In this document: piece after piece, positions 36,030-42,766 of the stretch
Numbering within the stretch: the first letter of the stretch is position 1
Layout: every line of letters begins with the position of its first letter
From: Paludibacteraceae bacterium
Lineage (GTDB): Bacteria > Bacteroidota > Bacteroidia > Bacteroidales > Paludibacteraceae
Assembly (NCBI GenBank): GCA_016280845.1
Contig: JAEEHO010000185.1
Location: 1 to 50,668, forward strand
Reading direction: 5' to 3'
Length of the DNA: 50,668 nucleotides
Notes under the pieces: model-generated
Seen by the model: the letters and a program-made list of their open reading frames with translations, nothing else
Databases searched by the model: none
What the model was told of the DNA's origin: nothing
Made by a program: the position numbers and the translations under genes

Positions 36030-36432
36030 TACACCTAAAGTCACAGCAGCCATGGTACTTACCTGTAAAGAGCGTTTAGAGAATCCTAAATACAGCAGGC
36101 TCACACAGGAAGAACAGGCAGCGCTCTTAGGAGTCCACGTCACTACTTACAGACGAATCTTAAATGGACGGTACGATCACTTACTCAAGGACGGCACAGC
36201 AATCAGGCCCTCACCCGAAAACGTAGTACATGCTACAATCGAGTATGAAGAGCTTGAGCATTTATTCGCATGTGAAGCAGCAATCAAAGACATTCTTGCA
36301 AACTCACACATCTCTACTCAGGATGAAACAGCACTGTTTTTCCCTACATTCACAGTGTACAACATCTTGAAGACACATCTACCGGATAGCGTTGCAGAAC
36401 GCATTGACTATCTAAACGATACAAACGCATAG
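36022..36432 (+). CDS. HTH DNA-binding protein (136 aa), a candidate transcription regulator (start revised from 35992).
   Basis: The ATG at 36022 lies 7 nt after AAAGGAG and overlaps the upstream stop (ATGGCTAA). The HTH motif is LTQEEQAALLGVHVTTYRRILNG. Confidence 0.55.
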   Translation: MANTPKVTAAMVLTCKERLENPKYSRLTQEEQAALLGVHVTTYRRILNGRYDHLLKDGTAIRPSPENVVHATIEYEELEHLFACEAAIKDILANSHISTQDETALFFPTFTVYNILKTHLPDSVAERIDYLNDTNA

Positions 36433-36481
36433 TGCGTTGTATATACAACATTCACTACATTATTATAAGGAGGAACGTAAA

Positions 36482-36922
36482 ATGGAAATTTACGTAAACA
36501 ACAACGTCGTTGTAGTAACAACAGAGATCCCCGCGGCTGTCATTGAGGATGCAGGTACAGACGGACACGCACTTCTTGACGAGAAGGGCAACACACTTTA
36601 CACAGTTAAGCTCACAAAGGGCTGTAAATCAGCAGACTTCAGCAAATTCGGCTTCTGCGGTAACGCAGTTATCGATGGCAAGGTTGCAGCAGTAATCATT
36701 GAGCCTATCGGAACAACTCTCAAGGCTATCAAGAAGAAATACGGTCAGGCAGCAATCGCAGCTAAGCAGTTCATGCCCGTTATGCTCTCAGCAATCAATG
36801 CTTCAGCAGAGGCAGTTACACAGGCATTCACACCTTCTGCAGACCTCATTTTCTCACAGGCTGCTACAGAGGAAGTTACAGCTGAAGAGACAGCTGATGA
36901 CGAAGCTGACACTGAGGAATAA
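36482..36922 (+). CDS. Hypothetical protein with an acidic C-terminal tail (146 aa; start revised from 36437).
   Basis: The ATG at 36482 is preceded by TAAGGAGGA. The C-terminus is EEVTAEETADDEADTEE. Confidence 0.55.
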   Translation: MEIYVNNNVVVVTTEIPAAVIEDAGTDGHALLDEKGNTLYTVKLTKGCKSADFSKFGFCGNAVIDGKVAAVIIEPIGTTLKAIKKKYGQAAIAAKQFMPVMLSAINASAEAVTQAFTPSADLIFSQAATEEVTAEETADDEADTEE

Positions 36923-36947
36923 TTGACAGTCCGATCACAATCATCAC

Positions 36948-36972
36948 GCGCCCTCTAGCACATAGGGGGCGC
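36948..36972 (+). terminator. GC-rich hairpin after the acidic-tail gene (weak terminator).
   Basis: The sequence is GCGCCCTCTA-gcaca-TAGGGGGCGC. The downstream T-tract is not contiguous. Confidence 0.35.
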
Positions 36973-37000
36973 AACCTATTTCATTTTGGAGGAATCAAAC

Positions 37001-37237
37001 ATGATTAAATTGACTATTGGTACTAACACAGAGCGTAAAACCGTTATGGTTAACCCTAAGGACAACGCAAAAAACGTCCTCACTCAACAGGGTATCAACA
37101 TCGACCGTACAGCAATGCACTTGAACGGTTCACTTATTCCCGCTGTTGACCTCAACAACACCTTTGAAGGCCTCGGCATCGCAGATGAATCCGAAGCAAT
37201 GATTATCGCAGTTGTTAAGGCAGACTCAGCACAGTAA
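37001..37237 (+). CDS. Candidate ubiquitin-like (beta-grasp, ThiS/MoaD-like) small protein of 78 aa, with no C-terminal GG.
   Basis: The ATG at 37001 is preceded by GGAGGA. Translation is MIKLTIGTNTERKTVMVNP...AMHLNGSLIP...FEGLGIADESEAMIIAVVKADSAQ. The size, strand/helix pattern and genomic neighbours (JAB and E1-like) support the call. Confidence 0.35.
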   Translation: MIKLTIGTNTERKTVMVNPKDNAKNVLTQQGINIDRTAMHLNGSLIPAVDLNNTFEGLGIADESEAMIIAVVKADSAQ

Positions 37238-37247
37238 GCAATGTATT

Positions 37248-37280
37248 GGGCACTTCTATCTTAGAGGTGCCCTTTTTATT
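37248..37280 (+). terminator. Intrinsic terminator/attenuator between the Ubl-like gene and the enzyme genes.
   Basis: The sequence is GGGCACTTCTA-tct-TAGAGGTGCCC followed by TTTTTATT. The RBS of the next gene follows immediately. Confidence 0.6.
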
Positions 37281-37294
37281 AAGGAGACTTTACT

Positions 37295-38818
37295 ATGGCT
37301 TGGAAACGAATCGCAACAAATCTTTCACCTATTTTTCAGACAGCATGTGCCCGAGCATACAACCGAGTATCAACAATCCTGTACAAATCTCGTATCCCCT
37401 TTACTACATATGATGTACAGGATGCATTCTCATGGTTGATGTTTCCAATTTATGAAGGCGCTACTGAATTACAGTTTGAGATAGACGCACAGGTAAGAGT
37501 AAAATCTTACGTACTTCCCAAAGACGTGCCTATCGAAACTACCGCTGACCGATTTGTAAACAATTACATTGTGAACGATTCTCGAAACCGCTCACGCAGA
37601 CATGTTATCATTATAAACACATCCACAAACAAAGCGCTTGAAGAACAAATCTGCGCTAAACTTGATGCGTTCACACAACGCGAAAGAGCACCACGTGAAT
37701 CATTCTATCAAGTTTCTACTATCCCAGTTCCGGCATTAACGCTAACACCTGTACACCGTGTGCGCTGTTACGATAAAATATTCGTTAATGATGAAGGCGA
37801 AGTATTTGTCACAAACATCATCTTAACAAATCTTTACGGAACTGAGATCTGCTCACGCATAAGTGCAGCCTTACTAGCACAGTGTACAAGATATAAAGAG
37901 TTCGTAAACAACGATGAAATCTTTGCAGCCCTTGTAAAAGGATATGCCGAAGCAGATGCAGAAATAGTCAACAACTGCGTACATCAGATATACGATGCTA
38001 AACTAAATGAGCTCAACGCTGCACGTATGGCAGAAGCTGTCAAAACAATCACAACCTTAGCCACAAAAGACATTACAAAAGCTGCTGAACAAACAGTAGT
38101 AGAGGCACAGCGTCGTGTACAAAACATTGAAGAAGATTACAAAGACGCACTAGGTAGACTCCGCAATGCGCAGCTCAATCTCTTAGAAGCTATGACATTA
38201 GGAACAACCGAACGTGAGCAACAGATTGCAGACTTCTTAACCAGCATCACACCTAACATAACCCATCTTCAGAAAGGTGACAACAATGCCATCTACTTAT
38301 CATACAAGACACCGTTATTATACTTTGAACCTAAGCACATGGAACTGATGCTCAACTCGTCTCGCCCTAATCCTTGTAACACTGCTCACCCTAGTATCAG
38401 AAGCCTGTTAAAAGAAGTATTTATAGATAAGACTTATCAATTCATCTTTGACACAGGTGTTGACATCGACTTACGTTACAATGATATCTACTACTGGGCT
38501 CCACCGACCAACATTGTTCTTCAGGGTATCCCTAATCCTCATCATAAGTACTACAACTGTTGGGGAGACAACAAGCCTTACATCAAGAAAGCACTCGTCG
38601 CTCATGATATGATAGCTGCAATCACACAGATAATCGCTGCATTCAGTGGCATGAACTTAACTGATACCGCAGTAGTTCGTAGGTTTGTAGAAGAAGAACT
38701 CATGACAGATTCTTACAAACGTATCCCTTGTCTCAAGAAATTAGCAACCGGAGAACTCTTTACTATTGAACAGTATTGTAACAATTACACCGCAGCACAG
38801 GAGGCTAACAATGCATAG
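37295..38818 (+). CDS. 507-aa protein with an unknown N-domain, a central coiled coil and a C-terminal domain with an E2/UBC-like Cys motif (tentative).
   Basis: AAGGAGA lies upstream. The C-terminal sequence YQFIFDTGVDIDLRYNDIYYWAPPTNIVLQGIPNPHHKYYNCWGDNKPYIKKALVAHDMIAAITQIIAAF resembles the beta-meander, HPN-like flap, Cys and helix layout of E2 folds. Confidence 0.3.
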   Translation: MAWKRIATNLSPIFQTACARAYNRVSTILYKSRIPFTTYDVQDAFSWLMFPIYEGATELQFEIDAQVRVKSYVLPKDVPIETTADRFVNNYIVNDSRNRSRRHVIIINTSTNKALEEQICAKLDAFTQRERAPRESFYQVSTIPVPALTLTPVHRVRCYDKIFVNDEGEVFVTNIILTNLYGTEICSRISAALLAQCTRYKEFVNNDEIFAALVKGYAEADAEIVNNCVHQIYDAKLNELNAARMAEAVKTITTLATKDITKAAEQTVVEAQRRVQNIEEDYKDALGRLRNAQLNLLEAMTLGTTEREQQIADFLTSITPNITHLQKGDNNAIYLSYKTPLLYFEPKHMELMLNSSRPNPCNTAHPSIRSLLKEVFIDKTYQFIFDTGVDIDLRYNDIYYWAPPTNIVLQGIPNPHHKYYNCWGDNKPYIKKALVAHDMIAAITQIIAAFSGMNLTDTAVVRRFVEEELMTDSYKRIPCLKKLATGELFTIEQYCNNYTAAQEANNA

Positions 38819-39608
38819 TATAAGATTAAATGAGAAGAGCCTTGAAGAAATGATAGACCTTTTAAAGGAACAGTTTCAGAAGGCTAACAACACCACAGAC
38901 AAGATTTCATTTACCTATAAATTTTCACATCCCGCAGAAGAGAAGGTGTGCTTAAAAATTGAAGAAGCAGCATGGAGAAAAATCAACGCACTCGTGGCAA
39001 CCTGCGATAAAGAAGTCGCATGGCACTGCACCGCTACTAAGACTGATAGTTCGTACATTATTGAAGATGTGTTCGTCTTTCCTCAGATAATCAGTGCAGC
39101 AACCGTAACCACAGACGATACAGAATACGCTAAGTGGTTAATGGCTCTGCCCGATAATGTATTCAACAAGCTCAGAGTACACGGACACTCACACGTAAAC
39201 ATGGGCGTAACACCTTCCGGAACAGATACCACCTATCAGGAAAATATCCTCACAAACGTTAAAGACTTCTTTATCTTCATGATACAGAATAAGAAAGGTG
39301 ATATCTGGAAAGCCATCTTTGACGTAGAAGCAAACGTAGTCTACGAAAATGAAGACATCCTCGTAATTACTCCGGATGTAACTGCAAATGTATGGGCTGC
39401 AGCACAGATAGAAACCTATGCAAAACCTGCAGTTATGCCTACAATAATACAGCAGCCTACAGTAACAGCAGCAAGCACTAAACCTAAAGCTGTTGTAAAA
39501 GAAAAAGGAAAAAGAGGCCGTTCGCCTAAAACAAAGACTGAACATGATTATGAACAGCTGTACATGCGTCAGTACTACGGTTACGGCTATCCTGAAGACT
39601 GGGATTAA
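38811..39608 (+). CDS. JAB/MPN (JAMM) metalloprotease-domain protein (start revised from 38766).
   Basis: The ATG at 38811 is preceded by AGGAGG and overlaps the upstream stop. The complete JAMM motif HGHSHVNMGVTPSGTD (HxHx7Sx2D) is present, with an upstream Glu (KEVAWHC). Confidence 0.8.
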   Translation: MHSIRLNEKSLEEMIDLLKEQFQKANNTTDKISFTYKFSHPAEEKVCLKIEEAAWRKINALVATCDKEVAWHCTATKTDSSYIIEDVFVFPQIISAATVTTDDTEYAKWLMALPDNVFNKLRVHGHSHVNMGVTPSGTDTTYQENILTNVKDFFIFMIQNKKGDIWKAIFDVEANVVYENEDILVITPDVTANVWAAAQIETYAKPAVMPTIIQQPTVTAASTKPKAVVKEKGKRGRSPKTKTEHDYEQLYMRQYYGYGYPEDWD

Positions 39609-39621
39609 ATAAGGAGGCAAT

Positions 39622-40338
39622 ATGGACACTTCAAAAGTTTTAGAATATTTCGACCCCTCAGAATACAGATTCGCATACAATGTCATCGGTTGCGGAGCGA
39701 TCGGTTCCCACGTGTGCGAACAGCTTACACGCTTAGGTATCACTGAAGTCCACATCTATGACTTCGATACCGTAGAAGCACACAATATCACCAATCAGAT
39801 GTTCTGCGACAGTGACATCGGAATGAGCAAAGTCGATGCTTGTGAAGCTGCAATGAAAGCAATCAACCCGGAAATTACGGTTTACAAACATCCCGAAGGA
39901 CTTACTCCTCCGTATGTAATCAACGGAATTTGCATCTTATGTGTAGATAACATCGACCTTAGACGTGAAATCGTAAAAGCTAATCAGTTCAATCCAAACT
40001 GCGCTGCCTTCTTAGATTTCAGAATGCGTTTAGTAGATGCACAGCACTACTTTGCAGATGCAAAGAACCGCTTTGAAGTAACAGAACTTCTGAACACCAT
40101 GGCCTTCACACATGAAGAAGCCATGGACGCAACACCTAAGAGTGCGTGCGGTGTAGAACTCAGTGTAGTCTACACAGTCAAAGCAATCGTATCTTTTGGA
40201 ATGGCAAACATGGTTAAATGGTTGATGTCGAGAGATGACTATAGAACCATGATGCAGGTAAACATGGACAGTTTCATAGTCGATGCTTTCAGAGCAAGAC
40301 CCAGACCTACTGTCAACATTGCAGCCGACACGAAGTAA
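39622..40338 (+). CDS. ThiF/MoeB/E1-like adenylyltransferase-domain protein.
   Basis: TAAGGAGG lies upstream. The Rossmann loop is VIGCGAIGSHVCEQLTRLGI. Other motifs are YDFDTVEAHNITNQMF (the NxxNQ equivalent of the NRQ motif) and ILCVDNIDLRREI. Confidence 0.75.
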   Translation: MDTSKVLEYFDPSEYRFAYNVIGCGAIGSHVCEQLTRLGITEVHIYDFDTVEAHNITNQMFCDSDIGMSKVDACEAAMKAINPEITVYKHPEGLTPPYVINGICILCVDNIDLRREIVKANQFNPNCAAFLDFRMRLVDAQHYFADAKNRFEVTELLNTMAFTHEEAMDATPKSACGVELSVVYTVKAIVSFGMANMVKWLMSRDDYRTMMQVNMDSFIVDAFRARPRPTVNIAADTK

Positions 40339-40434
40339 GGCATACTTTTTACTAAGGTGGGGTACAGGTAATCTTTTAAGTACCACTCCTAAATAAAATT
40401 TAAAGCCACCCCCCGGTCATAGAAAGGAGACACT

Positions 40435-41505
40435 ATGTACATAAATTACTACAGTCGCTGCAGATACATGCCTAATGCTACCCCGGAACAACTTGAGAAA
40501 GAAAAAGAACGCAACCTCGGACGTATCGTAACCAAACATATTGGCAGTATGCAAATGTCAGAAAAACAATGGATCGCAATCTGTAAACTACAAGCTATCC
40601 TACATGACTATTGCATCGGACGTGTGTTTGCATTAGCCGTAGATGTTGAAAGATCATGGCAGACAGAATGTTACGATATGAGTTCACGCTATATTCAATT
40701 TGACATTCCTAAACGGAGAGGTGGCACTAGACATCTCTGTGCACCTGATGAAGAATTGATGCAACTCCAGAAACGAGTACTCCACGTACTGACTAAAGAG
40801 CTGCACATCCTACCTCATAATGCTGCACACGGTTTCACCCCACATCGTAACTGCAAGACAGCATTAGAGTATCATCGTAAGCATCACGCACGTTGGTTCT
40901 TAAAGTTAGATATCAAAGACTTCTTCCCAAGCACCACAGCTAACATGGTGTATCGTGCAATACGCGATAATGCCATACTACACCGATTAAACGATACATC
41001 TATAAATCGACTAATCAACTTCTGTGTACTTGACGAAACTTTACCTCAGGGTGCGCCAACGTCACCGTTCTTAACGAACCTTGTGATGCAGCCTTTCGAT
41101 GAAGCTATTACAACGTACTGTAAAGTAAATCATCTGTGTTACACAAGATATGCAGATGACATCCTGATTACGAGCCCTACTACCTTTGAAATAGCCCCAG
41201 TCATCAATGATATAAAGAATATTCTTTTTGGCTTCTACACCATTAACGATGAGAAAACAAGATACGGCAGTTTCAACGGAAGAAACTGGAACCTCGGGCT
41301 TATGTATAATAATAAGTTTGAGATTACCGTAGGCCATGCCAAAAAGAAACTTGTTAAGAATCTCATACACAACTTTTTTACAAAACCTGAATGTCACACA
41401 GTTCAGAATTGGTTACACCTCATGGGTGTCGTCGGCTACTGCGCTTATATTGAACCGGAGTACTTCAACAAGTACCTCGAACAACTCAAGGCAGCAGAAC
41501 TATAA
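40435..41505 (+). CDS. Reverse transcriptase, retron-type/retron-like, with no accessory domains.
   Basis: GAAAGGAGA lies upstream. Motifs are YIQFDIPKRRGGTRHLCAP, AAHGFTPHRNCKTAL, FLKLDIKDFFPST, LPQGAPTSPFLTNLVM, YTRYADDILITS and INDEKTRYG. Confidence 0.9.
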   Translation: MYINYYSRCRYMPNATPEQLEKEKERNLGRIVTKHIGSMQMSEKQWIAICKLQAILHDYCIGRVFALAVDVERSWQTECYDMSSRYIQFDIPKRRGGTRHLCAPDEELMQLQKRVLHVLTKELHILPHNAAHGFTPHRNCKTALEYHRKHHARWFLKLDIKDFFPSTTANMVYRAIRDNAILHRLNDTSINRLINFCVLDETLPQGAPTSPFLTNLVMQPFDEAITTYCKVNHLCYTRYADDILITSPTTFEIAPVINDIKNILFGFYTINDEKTRYGSFNGRNWNLGLMYNNKFEITVGHAKKKLVKNLIHNFFTKPECHTVQNWLHLMGVVGYCAYIEPEYFNKYLEQLKAAEL

Positions 41506-41507
41506 AA

Positions 41508-41692
41508 TGCGCTAGAAGATTACCTTGTATTACGATACAAGCCTCTGAATCAATTTCAGAGTGTCATGATAAGCAGATGTTTCTGCACTAGACCTGAGGT
41601 CCCCTGCAGCGCCTCCAGCCGCGGAAGGACACGCGGAGGAGGCGACTGCCAGGGTCGCTCAGGTCTACGTACAGTAATAAAATGGTAGCGCA
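41508..41692 (+). ncRNA. Retron-like msr/msd module 1 (a1 - G - two short hairpins - 77-nt GC-rich hairpin - a2).
   Basis: The a1 arm TGCGCTA (41508-41514) pairs with the a2 arm TAGCGCA (41686-41692), and a G follows a1 at 41515. Short hairpins lie at 41524-41541 and 41543-41561. The long hairpin lies at 41590-41666, closed by AGACCTGAG/CTCAGGTCT. Confidence 0.45.
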
Positions 41693-41805
41693 TAAAGGCA
41701 AGATAACACCTTGCCTGCTTACCAGACATTTTGATAACGACTATCCCATAAAGTCTCCTTTCAAAATGTCAACCCTTATAAGTTTAATCACTTCACTTAG
41801 AAGCC

Positions 41806-41843
41806 CCTTTAACTAGGTTAAAGGTATCCGCCTGTTTTTTTTT
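41806..41843 (+). terminator. Hairpin plus T9 tract ending the RT-proximal structured RNA region.
   Basis: The hairpin CCTTTAAC-tag-GTTAAAGG is followed by 10 nt and then TTTTTTTTT (41835-41843). Hairpins at 41696-41716 and 41725-41770 precede it. Confidence 0.35.
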
Positions 41844-41893
41844 CATCGCATTAATATTGTTATAAGGGACTAAATACACAAGGAGGAATCGCA

Positions 41894-42370
41894 ATGCGAC
41901 GTGCAGAATACGAAGCAATGAAGAAATCGTTACAAGCTAAGTTAGCAGCACTTGAATCTGAGCCAATCGAAGAAGACTATAATCGTTGGACTCCTGAGAC
42001 AGGTGAAACTTACTATCAGCTTGGCGATGAAGGAGATGTTTTTGAGAACCGTTGGAACGACAACCTCACAGATCAGTACCTCTACAACTTAGGCAACTGC
42101 TTCAGAACTAAAGAAGCAGCAGCATTCGCAGCTGAAACTCTCAAAGTTATAGCAGAGCTCAGAAACTTTGCAGACCCTGCAAATGTTTGGGATGGTAAAA
42201 CACGTCATTACTATCTCGCATATAACTATGACAGAGATGCAATACTTATCTTAGGCGAACAGGGCGTTCGTACACATGACATCTACTTCAGCTCTATAAA
42301 AGTTGCAAATAAAGCAATTACAGAAATCGGAGAAGGTAGAATTAAGAAATACTATTTAGGTATTCTTTAA
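41894..42370 (+). CDS. Hypothetical 158-aa protein flanked by structured RNA modules.
   Basis: AAGGAGGA lies upstream. No motif was recognised. The sequence includes WTPETGETYYQLGDEGDVFENRW...GNCFRTKEAA. Confidence 0.6.
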   Translation: MRRAEYEAMKKSLQAKLAALESEPIEEDYNRWTPETGETYYQLGDEGDVFENRWNDNLTDQYLYNLGNCFRTKEAAAFAAETLKVIAELRNFADPANVWDGKTRHYYLAYNYDRDAILILGEQGVRTHDIYFSSIKVANKAITEIGEGRIKKYYLGIL

Positions 42371-42379
42371 ATTAAGTGA

Positions 42380-42518
42380 CGCTTTAGAAGGTTACATTAC
42401 CGCAACATGGCTGCTAACTAAGTTAGCACACACGCAATGTTATAAATGCATTCATCCGTACATGCAGCTCGTCTCCGTAGGAGACATTGAGCTGCAGTAC
42501 GACGCTTAAAGTAAAGCG
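42380..42518 (+). ncRNA. Retron-like module 2 (shorter).
   Basis: The a1 arm CGCTTTA (42380-42386) is followed by G and pairs with TAAAGCG (42512-42518). Hairpins lie at 42412-42428 (TGCTAAC-taa-GTTAGCA) and 42463-42496 (nested 8+6 bp). The 5' word GCTTTAGAAGGTTAC resembles GCGCTAGAAGATTAC of module 1. Confidence 0.35.
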
Positions 42519-42529
42519 CACACATATGC

Positions 42530-42742
42530 CACACTTTAGTAAAGTTTATTCTGAATGAATACCCATTCAGATGTACTAACTAAGTTGGTACAAACACAAA
42601 GTCTTGAACACATGGCAGATCCGGAAGCCTCACTCCCTGAACGAGCCCAGAATGACGACGAATAAAATGCTATTCGTCGACATTCATGGGACCGTTCAGG
42701 AGTTCAGGTTCCGGATCTGCCACGGTATTAAAGTAAAGTGTG
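42530..42742 (+). ncRNA. Retron-like module 3 (a1 - G - two short hairpins - 108-nt hairpin - a2).
   Basis: The a1 arm CACACTTTA (42530-42538) is followed by G and pairs with TAAAGTGTG (42734-42742). Short hairpins lie at 42550-42571 and 42573-42591 (GTACTAAC-taa-GTTGGTAC). The long imperfect hairpin lies at 42614-42721, closed by GGCAGATCCGGAA/TTCCGGATCTGCC. Confidence 0.45.
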
Positions 42743-42766
42743 AATAATTTTATTTAGGAGGCACCT

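Noticed and set aside
39189-39755. A 188-aa antisense ORF spanning the JAB/E1 junction.
   Set aside because: It overlaps two motif-supported plus-strand genes. Its translation is rich in Cys/Phe/Tyr/Ile, and it has no RBS.
40435-41893. A diversity-generating retroelement (RT plus template repeat).
   Set aside because: RT motif 4 is LPQGAPTSP rather than the DGR-type [IVL]GxxxSQ. I could find no copy of about 100 bp from the downstream region (TR/VR pair) in the tail fibre genes or in any other gene. No avd-like gene is present.
40339-41893. A group II intron with an intron-encoded RT.
   Set aside because: The ORF is too short and lacks maturase X and En domains. Only about 95 nt of unstructured sequence precede it, so there are no domains I-III. 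No domain V-like 34-nt hairpin with an AGC triad is evident downstream.
41794-42380. Long-range pairing of TCACTTA (41794-41800) with TAAGTGA (42374-42380), which would enclose the 158-aa ORF.
   Set aside because: It is only a 7-mer match across about 580 nt containing a translated ORF. This is easily chance, although the TTAGAAG word next to it is noted in the findings.
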